A stretch of DNA of 64,000 nt. It comes from an uncultured Candidatus Actinomarina sp. Its GTDB lineage: Bacteria; Actinomycetota; Acidimicrobiia; Actinomarinales; Actinomarinaceae. Below are positions 9,379-19,693 of the stretch, piece by piece; the first letter of the stretch is position 1; each line of letters starts with the position of its first letter. A program made the translations under genes and the position numbers. The stretch covers positions 4,170-68,169 of the forward strand of contig CACJJR010000001.1 of NCBI GenBank assembly GCA_902593795.1, in the 5' to 3' direction. Below the pieces are notes generated by a model. That model was given only the letters and a program-made list of their open reading frames with translations, was not told the origin of the DNA and searched no databases.

Positions 9379-10095
9379 ATGAATGAGAACACGGAACCTA
9401 GCTTAAATATTTACCTCATTGGAGGAAATTCAGTTATAGGTAAATCTATTCTTAGAGGTGTCCTGAAAAAATATGAAAACTTTTCTTTAAAAATAACCTC
9501 GTTCGTAAGAAGTGAATTTCAAGAAAAGACAATAGGAGAAAAAATTACTGTTAATAATTACCTTGAATGTTTAGACCACATAAATAGTAAGAGTTCCTGC
9601 AAAGAAGTTCCAAACATATATATCATTAGCTTTGGGGTATTGGTTGAAGAAAAAAACTCTGAAAATTTTCTAAACAATTTAAAATATCATTTGGATATTA
9701 ATACATTCCAATCATTCGAAATATTTAAATTTTTATTAAAACTTGATAAAACAAAGGAAATTCATATTGTATCAAGTGTATTGGGAGACTTTATCAGACC
9801 TAGTCTTTATTCATACTCTTTTTCTAAAAACTTACTTGAATTATTGATTAGTAATATTGACTTAAAGAAAAATTTAAAAAATAAATATTTTGTTTGGAAG
9901 CCAGCATTTGTAAATTCAAAGTTAAATAAAAATAGATCTGCAAGTTTTATCAAAACTAACCCTGAAAAAATTACAAATCTAGTTTTAAATACCAATAAAA
10001 GCGGGAGTTACTATATTCCTAAATATGCGGTTTTCTTTACTTTAATAGCTAAATATACAACACCATTAATTAAATTTATAGATAAGAAAAACTAA
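9379..10095 (+). CDS. Divergent short-chain dehydrogenase, DprE2-like
   Basis: GGNSVIG (cf. DprE2 GGTSEIG), SFGVL, SSVLG, YSFSK, PAFV.SK. Confidence 0.6.
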   Translation: MNENTEPSLNIYLIGGNSVIGKSILRGVLKKYENFSLKITSFVRSEFQEKTIGEKITVNNYLECLDHINSKSSCKEVPNIYIISFGVLVEEKNSENFLNNLKYHLDINTFQSFEIFKFLLKLDKTKEIHIVSSVLGDFIRPSLYSYSFSKNLLELLISNIDLKKNLKNKYFVWKPAFVNSKLNKNRSASFIKTNPEKITNLVLNTNKSGSYYIPKYAVFFTLIAKYTTPLIKFIDKKN

Positions 10096-11696
10096 AAATT
10101 CTTTTTTAACCATTTATTCATAAGTATCTCATTCAAAACCATAACTACTGCTTGTGGATTCCCCCATGGTGCATATGGCAAAAGTGACGCATCACAGATT
10201 TTAATTCTATTATCGTTTTTTAGCTCTCCTAATTCGCCAATATCTTTACTTATATTTAATGGCATGGATCCAAAAACATGGACTGTTGTCATGGGAGATA
10301 CTTTAGATTTAGGCCAAATATCATTAATATTTGTTGACTTAAGTAAATCTAAAAGGATATTAAATCCTTTTTCAATTTTTTTTCTATCTTTCTTTGATGT
10401 ATAACAAAATGGAATTAATTTACCAAATATATTCAAAAGCCTTCCATTAGAATTCTCTAAAACTGTACTACTAAAGTAACTTACTAATTTACCATCTATT
10501 GGCAAGTTGTTAGTTTTACCAAGAGATGCAAGCGTAGCTTTCACATATGGATAAGTTGAGACAGAATATCCAAATTTATAGATATAATCTGTTGTCCATG
10601 CTTGGTATGGTGGAAACAAATCCCCATCGTTCACAACGTCTTCATATTCCACTACTGCTCTGTTCATAGGATGAAAGTTAAAATATAATTTATCTTTGAT
10701 TAATCCTGAGTTTTTTAAAATTTGTGGAGTTCCAATAGTGCCTGCAGAAAGTACTATGTTTTTGGCTTTGATTGAATTTTTTTTATTTTTAGAAGTAATG
10801 ATGATTTCAATATAATCTATTTTAGGTAAAATTTTTACTACCTTTGATTCAGTAAAAATATCAACACCTTTTTCCTCTGATTCTTTTAAATAAGTTACTT
10901 GCATACTCTTATGTTCTTCAGCTGGTTTATAGGATCTCCACCTAGGCACTTCCTCACAAACTAAGCCTTTATTTTCTGACCCTTCAAGCAATGCAGATTT
11001 TATATTATCTAAAGAACCTTGAGGTGATTTTTGGACAGATATTTTTTGCTCAACTATTTTTTCATAGTACTGCCATTCTTCTTCTTCTAGATTACATTTT
11101 TCTAAAAAAGAACTTCTGTAAGGTTCCGTCAATTTAAAATATAATCCACTGTTGACTTCACTTCCACCTCCATACGTTTCTCCTTCTGTAAATAACATTG
11201 GTATATTTCCATAACAAAAATTTAGACCCTTCTTTTTGAATTGTTTCGTTGTTTGATCTAGTGAGTGGTGTTCTATTGCTCCAGGCAAGTATTTTGCACC
11301 AGACTCAATAAGAACGACACTTTTACCCTTTTCTAAAGACCTTAATGAAGCTATAGATCCTCCAGGTCCACTTCCAACAACTGCAATATCATAAATTTTA
11401 TCTAAATCTGTATTCATTTCATTTTCTATTTTTTTAACAGTAGATTCATTTTCTGATTCAAAAACTAAAATTACAATACCCGTGAGGAATCTAAATAATA
11501 TAAAGTTTTTATTTAAATTAATAAAGAAACTCGAAGAAGAAAACAAATTTAAAATTTTAAGATAAAAATACAAAATAAAACTCAATAAACCTGTACTGTT
11601 AATTCTTGAATATACACTTTTACATTTTTCTTCGTTATATTCATAATTTAAAAAATTTAATAATATATTAAGAGATTTATATTTGCTGTTTTTCAT
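10092..11696 (-). CDS. GMC-family FAD oxidoreductase with N-terminal extension
   Basis: VVGSGPGG, IESG, GGGSEVN, LSAGTIGTPQIL, HVFG, DASLLP...GNPQ. Confidence 0.88.
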   Translation of the reverse strand: MKNSKYKSLNILLNFLNYEYNEEKCKSVYSRINSTGLLSFILYFYLKILNLFSSSSFFINLNKNFILFRFLTGIVILVFESENESTVKKIENEMNTDLDKIYDIAVVGSGPGGSIASLRSLEKGKSVVLIESGAKYLPGAIEHHSLDQTTKQFKKKGLNFCYGNIPMLFTEGETYGGGSEVNSGLYFKLTEPYRSSFLEKCNLEEEEWQYYEKIVEQKISVQKSPQGSLDNIKSALLEGSENKGLVCEEVPRWRSYKPAEEHKSMQVTYLKESEEKGVDIFTESKVVKILPKIDYIEIIITSKNKKNSIKAKNIVLSAGTIGTPQILKNSGLIKDKLYFNFHPMNRAVVEYEDVVNDGDLFPPYQAWTTDYIYKFGYSVSTYPYVKATLASLGKTNNLPIDGKLVSYFSSTVLENSNGRLLNIFGKLIPFCYTSKKDRKKIEKGFNILLDLLKSTNINDIWPKSKVSPMTTVHVFGSMPLNISKDIGELGELKNDNRIKICDASLLPYAPWGNPQAVVMVLNEILMNKWLKKNF

Positions 11697-11805
11697 TATT
11701 TAATTATAGACTATTGGGTATAAACAAGAATTTGCATTCAAGTCTAATATTTTTAATTGTTGCTATCCTTTATACGTGATTGATATTAGAGTCTTGGGAG
11801 TTTAA

Positions 11806-12477
11806 ATGGATGCAATATTGCCTGCAGCTGGATTAGCTTCTCGAATGAGAGGTTTGCCTAAATTCTTGCTACCAACTGGCAAAGATTATATTTCATTACT
11901 CGAAGTTCATATATCTAATTTATCAGATATATGTGAAAGAATTTATCTTCCAACCAGGCCTGAATTAGCTCCAATAATTAAATCTTTAGATTTTAATTTT
12001 AGTAACACAGAAATACCCGAAATGGTAACCTCTACTATGTGTGAAACGGTAAACAATACTTTATCAATTTCAGAAGCTAATAATTTTATTTTAATTATGC
12101 CTGATACATTTTTTCTTGGCGAACAACCTTACGAAATTTTAGATAGTAATACTGAATTTTGTAATCTTGCATGCTGGAAAATAAGAGACGAACAAAGAGG
12201 TAAACTCGGTGAAGTAAGATTTGACGAAAATAAAAACGTTTTAGAAATGGTTGATAAAAAGCCTGATAATGGATTCGAGCATGCTTGGGGCGCCTTAACT
12301 TTTAATAGAAAACTTGAACAATATATTAATAATCAAGACCCTCACATAGGATATGCAGTTAAAGAATCTGTTAACAATGGCGAAAAAGTATCAGTAAGTC
12401 TCATAGAAGGAAACTACTTTGATTGTGGAACTCCTGAAGAGTACATAAAGTTGCTAAAAGAAACTTTATTGTCTTGA
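11806..12477 (+). CDS. Sugar-1-phosphate nucleotidyltransferase (RmlA-like, short)
   Basis: ILPAAGLASRM..PKFLLP, MPDT, DCGTPE; SD GGGAG upstream. Confidence 0.82.
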   Translation: MDAILPAAGLASRMRGLPKFLLPTGKDYISLLEVHISNLSDICERIYLPTRPELAPIIKSLDFNFSNTEIPEMVTSTMCETVNNTLSISEANNFILIMPDTFFLGEQPYEILDSNTEFCNLACWKIRDEQRGKLGEVRFDENKNVLEMVDKKPDNGFEHAWGALTFNRKLEQYINNQDPHIGYAVKESVNNGEKVSVSLIEGNYFDCGTPEEYIKLLKETLLS

Positions 12478-13181
12478 AAGATAATAATTTTCAGATTGTA
12501 GTTCCTTTTTACAATGATGAAGATAGTTTTGAAACCTTTGTAGAGATATTAAACAAAATGGAAACTGAAGATAATGCGTTTATCTTGCTTGATAATGGAT
12601 CAGATACAAATGAAATAAAAAAAATTGCAGAAAATAAACGTAAAAATAATTGGACTTTTGTTCGTTCTGAAAAAAATCTTGGCTTTGGTGGAGGAATTAA
12701 ATATGCTGCTGAATTTGTCGAGAAAGAATTTGTTGCGTGGATGCCGGGAAATTTAAAATTAAATCCATCAGATGTTTATGAAGTCATAGCTAAGCAAAAA
12801 TTGGATGAAAAGTATTTATATATCAAATGCGCGCGTAAAAATCGTCCAAAAATTGATCACCTAAAAACTAGAATATTTGGAATTATTGCAAGTATATATT
12901 TTGGAAAAAAAATATTCGATGCCGGAGGCACTCCCAATTTAATTCATAAAGATTTCTTTTCTATTGAAAAAGACTTTCCAAAAGATTTTTCATTTGATGT
13001 ATTTGTTTACTATTACTGCCTGTTAAATAGCTTTAAAATTAAAAGGCCATCCATTAGCTATAAAACAAGAGTTCATGGAGAATCTCACTGGCAAAAAGGT
13101 TTGATTAGCGAAATTAAATTAACTTTTAATATATTAAAGTACAAGAAACAATGGAAAGATATCTCAAAAATAAAAATTTAG
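12474..13181 (+). CDS. GT2 glycosyltransferase, paralog of 3099..3809
   Basis: VVPFYND, LDNGS, KNLGFGGGI, R.HGES.W; 4-nt TTGA overlap with upstream gene. Confidence 0.78.
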   Translation: MKDNNFQIVVPFYNDEDSFETFVEILNKMETEDNAFILLDNGSDTNEIKKIAENKRKNNWTFVRSEKNLGFGGGIKYAAEFVEKEFVAWMPGNLKLNPSDVYEVIAKQKLDEKYLYIKCARKNRPKIDHLKTRIFGIIASIYFGKKIFDAGGTPNLIHKDFFSIEKDFPKDFSFDVFVYYYCLLNSFKIKRPSISYKTRVHGESHWQKGLISEIKLTFNILKYKKQWKDISKIKI

Positions 13182-13184
13182 TTT

Positions 13185-13922
13185 CTAGATATTAAATATT
13201 AATTTGATTAGTTTTTTGGGATAAAAAACTTTTTTTAAATTTAAGTAAAAATTAGAAATTACAATATTTTTAATTAAAAAATTCAATAACGGTTTTTTAT
13301 AATTTATATTTGTTTGTTTAATGTAAAAAGCATCTCCGTAGTGTTTGAAGCAATCAATATTGGTGAATATTCTGATAAAATTGTACTGCTTAAGGTATTT
13401 ATCTAAATCTTTTACTAATGCATTGTTACTGTAAAGGTCTTTTGTATTAATTTCTGTGAAAATAAATTCGACATCATTTAATGAATCTCCAAACCCTTTT
13501 ATAACTTCTAATTCATATCCCTGAACATCTATCGTTAGAAAATTAAGAGTATCAATGCCCAAGCCATCAAATCGTTGAACAGTGATTTTTTCTCTTTCAT
13601 TAAATTGAATATCCGGCTGAACTTTTAAGTGATAACTAGGCTCAAGTATTGAAGAACTCTTTCCTTCATTTCCGTCCGATTTGAATAAAGTACTTGAATG
13701 ATTTTCTGAACCGAGACCAATATTGAAGCACTCAACATTTTTATAATTATTCATTTTTTTAACTAAGTTATTAAAAATTTCAATTTGGGGCTCAAATAAA
13801 TATATTTTATTAGCATTAAACTTTAGATACTCGTCAACTTCTTGACCTAAATGAGCACCAACATGAATGATGCCATTTATTTCGTTTTTGAATTTTTCCA
13901 AAAATATTGAAATCATTATCAA
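13185..13922 (-). CDS. FkbM-family methyltransferase
   Basis: IHVGAH.GQE, FEP, SSSIL, IDVQGYEL. Confidence 0.88.
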   Translation of the reverse strand: MIMISIFLEKFKNEINGIIHVGAHLGQEVDEYLKFNANKIYLFEPQIEIFNNLVKKMNNYKNVECFNIGLGSENHSSTLFKSDGNEGKSSSILEPSYHLKVQPDIQFNEREKITVQRFDGLGIDTLNFLTIDVQGYELEVIKGFGDSLNDVEFIFTEINTKDLYSNNALVKDLDKYLKQYNFIRIFTNIDCFKHYGDAFYIKQTNINYKKPLLNFLIKNIVISNFYLNLKKVFYPKKLIKLIFNI

Positions 13923-13964
13923 ATATTAATACTTGAATAGAATAAAATTCGGTATGATTATTTT

Positions 13965-14810
13965 ATGAAGATAAGCTTTTTAGACTTTTGGCCAGGCTTT
14001 GAACCAAAAAATAACTTTTTTTACCACTCAATTAAACAATTAGGCTTAAATTATAAAGTCGTAAGCCCAAGAAGAGCTGATATTATTTTTTTTAGTTGTT
14101 TTGGAAAAGAAAATTTAAAATATGACAATTGTAAAAAAATTTTATTCCTAGGTGAAAATCTTGATTTAAAGCAATACAACTTTGATTATTCAATTACACA
14201 TCATTTATTAAATGAAAAAACGCCAAGCCACTTTAGGCTTCCTTTATGGAAAACTTACATCGATTGGTTTAATGTTAAAACATATACGAATCCAAAATAT
14301 TTAATTCCATTGAATTATATTGATCAACAAAATGAATTTAATTTAGCTAATAAAAATAAATTTTGTACAATTGTTTACTCTTCTGAGTATGAATCAAGAC
14401 ATAAATATATTAACTTAATTTCTAAATATAAAAATATTGAAGTCTTTGGAAAAAATAAATTTAATAATTTTCTGGAGGAAGGTGAAAACACCAAAATGTC
14501 ACATTTATCTTCATACAAATTCTCTTTAGCAATGGAAAATCAAATTTCAGATGGTTACATTACCGAGAAACTTCTTCACGCCAAAATTTCTGGTAATATT
14601 CCAATATTTTATGGAGACTCCACTGTAAAAGATGACTTTAACGAAAATTGTTTTATTTATATAAATGAGAATGATGATTTAGACTTAATTCATTTAATTG
14701 AAGAGCTAGATAAAAATGAATCAATGTACAAGAGTAAATTTAATGAACCTTTGTTTGTAGAAGAGCCAACAATTAACGATTTCTTAAACTATCTCGGTAA
14801 TATAATCTAA
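13965..14810 (+). CDS. GT10 alpha-1,3/4-fucosyltransferase-like
   Basis: DFW, GEN, YKFSLAMEN...GYITEK, PIFYG. Confidence 0.85.
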   Translation: MKISFLDFWPGFEPKNNFFYHSIKQLGLNYKVVSPRRADIIFFSCFGKENLKYDNCKKILFLGENLDLKQYNFDYSITHHLLNEKTPSHFRLPLWKTYIDWFNVKTYTNPKYLIPLNYIDQQNEFNLANKNKFCTIVYSSEYESRHKYINLISKYKNIEVFGKNKFNNFLEEGENTKMSHLSSYKFSLAMENQISDGYITEKLLHAKISGNIPIFYGDSTVKDDFNENCFIYINENDDLDLIHLIEELDKNESMYKSKFNEPLFVEEPTINDFLNYLGNII

Positions 14811-14828
14811 TAAAATCAAAAGCCGTGT

Positions 14829-15617
14829 TTATATCGAACTAAATTTATCTCTAAAAAAAGTAAAAGACTTTTCAGATTCTTCTATATTTGATAGAGAAAC
14901 ACTATCTTTTCTTTTTCTATGAAAATGATAATGATCTTTAGAAAGAACTATTTCTTTTCCTGAATTTAACCATAAATAAGAAATTGCTAAAGCATCTGCA
15001 GCAAGAGGAATTTCTTTATTAAGATAATATTCATTCATAGTTTCTAAATAATCATTTTTTGAAGTAATAAAATTACCACAATTTAAGATCCAATATATAT
15101 TTTTTTCAAGAGTAATACTTTTTTTATATTTGATTGAATCATAAATAATTTTTGAATTAATTATCAAATCCTTATCTGTAAGCCTTACTAAATTTTTATT
15201 AGGAAACATATAATACTCGTAGTTGTAGAAAAACTGTTTAAATATTGATGGATAGTATATTCTTTTATTATCAAAATTTTCCAAAACTTTAGTAAGGATA
15301 AAATCTATATTTTTTGCAGCTATGTTATCTGAATCTATTTGATAGACCATGTCATTTGAACATAAATTAATTGCATTATATTTATTATTGAAAGCTCCTA
15401 AATTGTCACTATTTTGGAATAATTTAAATTGAATACTGCTATTACTTTTTTTAAATTTATTTAGAATTTTTTCTATTTTTCTATTTTCAGCCACATTGCT
15501 GGAATCATCTGAAATAATGACCTCATTTATTATTTCAGATTTTTCAATACTTCTCAAAAGTATTGATACATATTTACTAGATAAGTACGTTGGTATTGCT
15601 AAAGAGATTTTTTTCAT
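14829..15617 (-). CDS. GT2-family glycosyltransferase
   Basis: AIPTY, ISDDSS, NLGAFNNK, IDSDN. Confidence 0.8.
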   Translation of the reverse strand: MKKISLAIPTYLSSKYVSILLRSIEKSEIINEVIISDDSSNVAENRKIEKILNKFKKSNSSIQFKLFQNSDNLGAFNNKYNAINLCSNDMVYQIDSDNIAAKNIDFILTKVLENFDNKRIYYPSIFKQFFYNYEYYMFPNKNLVRLTDKDLIINSKIIYDSIKYKKSITLEKNIYWILNCGNFITSKNDYLETMNEYYLNKEIPLAADALAISYLWLNSGKEIVLSKDHYHFHRKRKDSVSLSNIEESEKSFTFFRDKFSSI

Positions 15618-15692
15618 AGTTTCTGTTAATTCATTATAGAAAATTTAAAGTTTTTATAACAAAGTTTCTTTCCATATGTATATTGAATTTGT

Positions 15693-16625
15693 ATGAACTT
15701 TCTTTATTGTCTAGATGAAAATTACAATACACAAGCAATAATGTCTTTATATACTCTAAATAATGTTATTGATGGAACCGTCAATATTTTTATTGCGCAC
15801 AACAATATTGCATCTATTAAAAAACAGATCTCACAATTTAATTTAGATAAACTAAATATAAATTATTTGAATATTTCTAATGATATAGAATTACCAAATT
15901 TAAAAAATGAACATGTTACAGAAGCAACATACTATAGAATTTTTGCTTTAAGTAAATTAAACGAAAGTTTAGACCATATTGTTTATATTGACTCTGATAT
16001 TATTTTTAATAAAAACCCCTTACACAGCTTTAACAGTTTAAAAAATAAACTTTTCTCATCTGAATTTGAAATTTCTGCAAATACGATAGGAAAATACCAA
16101 TCCGGGAACAAAGAGTTAGATAAATATTTTGACTATTTAGAAATTAATGATAAATATTTTAATGCAGGAGTCATTATGTACGATTTAAGTAAATACAGGA
16201 AAAATAAGCTCGATCAAAAATTAAAATCACATTTATTAAACTTTAATAAGGAAGCAAAGTATTGGGATCAAGATATCTTAAACGTTTATTTTAATGGACA
16301 ATACTTAGAGCTTCCAGAAACTTTAAATAATAATGTTGTTACTGAAAATGAAAATATCAACATTGAGGAGGAGCTAGAAAAAATCACTATGCACTTCGCT
16401 GGAAGAACCAAGCCCTGGCATGTTGAAGGATTAAAATATCCCGTTGGATGCTATTTCCAAAAAATTTATCGAAGTATTTTTGATGATGAATATTTTATTA
16501 GTCCATACAACAAGAGAAGACATTTTAGAGAAATTAAAAATTTTTTAAGAGATAGAAAATCTTATTGTATTAATAACCAAATGACCTTTTTGATAAAAAG
16601 CACTTTTTTACTTTTTAAGTTATGA
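15693..16625 (+). CDS. GT8 glycosyltransferase
   Basis: DENY, TYYRI, YIDSDI, YFNAGV, DQDILN, HFAG..KPW. Confidence 0.9.
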   Translation: MNFLYCLDENYNTQAIMSLYTLNNVIDGTVNIFIAHNNIASIKKQISQFNLDKLNINYLNISNDIELPNLKNEHVTEATYYRIFALSKLNESLDHIVYIDSDIIFNKNPLHSFNSLKNKLFSSEFEISANTIGKYQSGNKELDKYFDYLEINDKYFNAGVIMYDLSKYRKNKLDQKLKSHLLNFNKEAKYWDQDILNVYFNGQYLELPETLNNNVVTENENINIEEELEKITMHFAGRTKPWHVEGLKYPVGCYFQKIYRSIFDDEYFISPYNKRRHFREIKNFLRDRKSYCINNQMTFLIKSTFLLFKL

Positions 16626-17651
16626 AGTTGGGTACTCCCAAGTAGGATTTAAAAGTTTATTTTTTACTAAAGTGAGCTCTTTTTCGGCTTCGTTTAAATC
16701 ATTTTCAACCATCATTTTGACCAATCCATTAAAGTCAACTTCTGGTTTCCATCCAAGCTTTTCTTTAATCTTTTTAGGATTTCCAAGAAGATAATCAACT
16801 TCATTGGGCCTAAAGTACTTTTCAGATGTCACAACAAAGTCTTTCCAATCTAAATCAACAATGTTAAATGCGACTTTTAAAAAATCTTCTACTGTGTATG
16901 TTTCTCCTGTAGCAACGACCCAATCATCTGGTGCGTCACTTTGCATCATCATCCACATGGCTTTTACATAATCTCCAGCAAAGCCCCAGTCTCTTGAGGC
17001 CTCAAGGTTTCCAAGCGTTAACTTCTCTTGTAAGCCAAAATGAATTCTTCCAATTGCTTTTGTTATTTTTCTTGTAACGAAAGTTTCACCCCTTCTTGGA
17101 GATTCATGATTAAATAAAATTCCATTTACTCCAAATATTCCATATGATTCTCTGTATACTTTATTTGTTTCGTGAGCAAATAATTTTGAAGATGCGTAAG
17201 GACTTTTTGGAATTAATGGTGATTCTTCGTCAAGGCTTGTTTCTTTATCTCCTCCATACATTTCAGAACTAGATGCTTGATAATATTTAATTTCTTTGTC
17301 TGAATTTCTAATTGATTCTAATAATGATAAAGGTCCCAAAACACTAGTTTGTGAAGTATAAAGCGGATTTTTAAACGATACAGCAACGTGTGATTGTGCA
17401 CCTAAATTATAAACCTCGTCAGGCTGTACTTGAGTTACTAGATTTGACATAGAGGCGGGATCAAGTAAATCAGCATAGTGTAAATGAAGCATGCCTGTAT
17501 TTATATTGTTAGATATTAAAGTATCAATTCTAGATGTATTGATAGAAGATGACCTACGAATCGTGCCGTGTACTTCATAACCTTTTTCAATTAATAATTC
17601 AGCCAAATAAGAACCATCTTGACCTGTAATTCCAGTTATAAGAGCTTTCAT
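16620..17651 (-). CDS. gmd: GDP-mannose 4,6-dehydratase
   Basis: ALITGITGQDGSYLAE, AQSHV, QASSSEMYG, SPYASSK, FNHESPRRGETFVTRKI. Confidence 0.97.
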   Translation of the reverse strand: MKALITGITGQDGSYLAELLIEKGYEVHGTIRRSSSINTSRIDTLISNNINTGMLHLHYADLLDPASMSNLVTQVQPDEVYNLGAQSHVAVSFKNPLYTSQTSVLGPLSLLESIRNSDKEIKYYQASSSEMYGGDKETSLDEESPLIPKSPYASSKLFAHETNKVYRESYGIFGVNGILFNHESPRRGETFVTRKITKAIGRIHFGLQEKLTLGNLEASRDWGFAGDYVKAMWMMMQSDAPDDWVVATGETYTVEDFLKVAFNIVDLDWKDFVVTSEKYFRPNEVDYLLGNPKKIKEKLGWKPEVDFNGLVKMMVENDLNEAEKELTLVKNKLLNPTWEYPTS

Positions 17652-17679
17652 TTAGATAATTATAGTTAGGTATATTGGC

Positions 17680-18708
17680 TTAATTGATTTTTTTAAAATG
17701 AATTTGATATTTGTTTTTAAATCTATAGATTATCCGGAAAAAACCATTTTTTGATTTTAAATATCTTTTATATAAACTTTTTCTATATTGAAATAGAGTG
17801 TTAAGAGTAGTATTTACTTGGACAGTTATTGCTTCTTCGGATTTATTTAAATCACTTTTCAAATAATCAGACCAATAATTAAAGTCAATTTTTTTGAAGT
17901 CATAAGATTTTAGATTATTTAAATAATTTCTTAACGTTTGAGCAGTAACATCATAAAAACTATCCACAAAAAGAATAGGGAGTTTATCAAAACTTTTAAA
18001 TGCAATTCGGTTTTTTATAACAGGTATTGATCCAGAATATAGAGCCTCCCATACTCTGTGGGTATCAATTCCATTACCTTCGGGACAAAGAACGAAGCTA
18101 CTTGAGACAAGATTATTTTTATATTCTTCTAATCCTATTTTATTAGTAACAACTTTAGCCCAGTCATATTTTTCAAAATAATTATTTAAATCATTTCTTT
18201 CACGAATATTGGTGTTTTTTTCAAAATTTAAATAAATTAAATTTTCTTTGCTGTGGACGTATTCTTCTTGATTAATTAAAAATTCATCATTTTTGAAAAC
18301 AAGATTCTTTGCATAGCCATTTGAAAGCCCCAAAGGTATTGCCACTAGGCTTTCATGGTAAAAATCTACATTAACTGATATCCATTTTGAAAATTGATTT
18401 GGCATTTTGTTAAATTTATATTTTGAAATTTTTTCATCAGTTTGGTTTGTTATGAGAGTTAAATTAGAAAGATTTAATTTTTTAATATGGCTGAACAAGA
18501 TTTCTATAGAGTCGTTAATACAAAATACAACGTAATTATCTTTTAAATTAATATCTTTTTTTTGGTAGCAAATATGTGAATCATTCTCGTATAGAATTTC
18601 ATAATTAAAAATATTTAATTCTTCAAACTGTTTCTTCGTTACAACTTCAGAGAAAGTAAAATCTGCTAATCTTGCAAATTTATAGCTATTTATATAACTT
18701 AATTTCAA
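17680..18708 (-). CDS. Exostosin/GT47-like glycosyltransferase
   Basis: IPLGL, FVLCPEGNGIDTHRVWEALY.GSIPV. Confidence 0.75.
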   Translation of the reverse strand: MKLSYINSYKFARLADFTFSEVVTKKQFEELNIFNYEILYENDSHICYQKKDINLKDNYVVFCINDSIEILFSHIKKLNLSNLTLITNQTDEKISKYKFNKMPNQFSKWISVNVDFYHESLVAIPLGLSNGYAKNLVFKNDEFLINQEEYVHSKENLIYLNFEKNTNIRERNDLNNYFEKYDWAKVVTNKIGLEEYKNNLVSSSFVLCPEGNGIDTHRVWEALYSGSIPVIKNRIAFKSFDKLPILFVDSFYDVTAQTLRNYLNNLKSYDFKKIDFNYWSDYLKSDLNKSEEAITVQVNTTLNTLFQYRKSLYKRYLKSKNGFFRIIYRFKNKYQIHFKKIN

Positions 18709-18772
18709 TATATTATCACCGTTTAAAACTATATTAATTTATTATATTAAAGTATTAGAAAAGGAAAATATA

Positions 18773-19693
18773 ATTAAAGTATTAATTTTTGGATCTAACG
18801 GTCTAGTTGGATCAAATCTAGTAAAAATTCTATCAAATTCAAGAATAGTAACTCAGGTCATTCCTTCCAATCGTAAAGATACAAATCTTTTTTCTTTGAA
18901 AGAAACATTAAAAACTATAGAAGAAAGCATGCCTGATGTAATAGTAAACGCTGCAGCAAAAGTTGGTGGAATTATGGCTAATAATACTTATCGAACAGAA
19001 TTTATATTAGATAACCTAAAAATAAATATTAATATTCTCGAATCAATCATAAAGTACCCAGAGATTAGATTAATAAACTTGGGTAGTAGTTGTATATATC
19101 CTCTAGATGCTAAAAATCCAATAAGTGAAGACAGTTTGATGAGTGGAAAGTTAGAACCTACTAACTCCCCATATGCGATGGCTAAAATTGCTGCAATTGA
19201 AATGGGCAATGCATTAAAAGTTCAATACGGTCATGAAATAATTAATTTAATGCCTACTAATTTATATGGTCCCAATGATAATTTTGATTTAAACAATAGT
19301 CACGTCATACCAGGTTTAATGCGACGATTTCACAATGCTACTACTAATAATGATAGTCATATAGAGATATGGGGGACAGGGAAGCCATTGCGTGAATTTT
19401 TATACGTAGATGATCTTGCAAATGCAATTGAATTTTTGATTAATAAAAATTGGAGTGAAGAATTAGTTAATATTGGAAGCGGTGATGAAGTTTCAATCAA
19501 AAATTTGGCAGAATTAATGAAAGATATCACTGATTTCAAAGGTGATATAAAATTTGATCCCTCTAAGCCTGATGGAAATCCAAGAAAATTGTTGAATTTA
19601 GAGAAAATGAATTCTTTAGGGTGGCAATCTTCAACAACTCTAGAAAATGGTTTAAATAAAACGTATGATTGGTTTATTAAAAATATTGCTTAA
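18773..19693 (+). CDS. fcl: GDP-L-fucose synthase; start extended upstream of the track ORF (18896) to a probable ATT codon
   Basis: AAAKVGGI.AN, LGSSCIYP, LEPTN.PYA.AK, SHVIP, WGTG.PLREFL; in-frame upstream KVLIFGSNGLVG supplies the GxxGxxG motif. Confidence 0.92.
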   Translation: MKVLIFGSNGLVGSNLVKILSNSRIVTQVIPSNRKDTNLFSLKETLKTIEESMPDVIVNAAAKVGGIMANNTYRTEFILDNLKININILESIIKYPEIRLINLGSSCIYPLDAKNPISEDSLMSGKLEPTNSPYAMAKIAAIEMGNALKVQYGHEIINLMPTNLYGPNDNFDLNNSHVIPGLMRRFHNATTNNDSHIEIWGTGKPLREFLYVDDLANAIEFLINKNWSEELVNIGSGDEVSIKNLAELMKDITDFKGDIKFDPSKPDGNPRKLLNLEKMNSLGWQSSTTLENGLNKTYDWFIKNIA

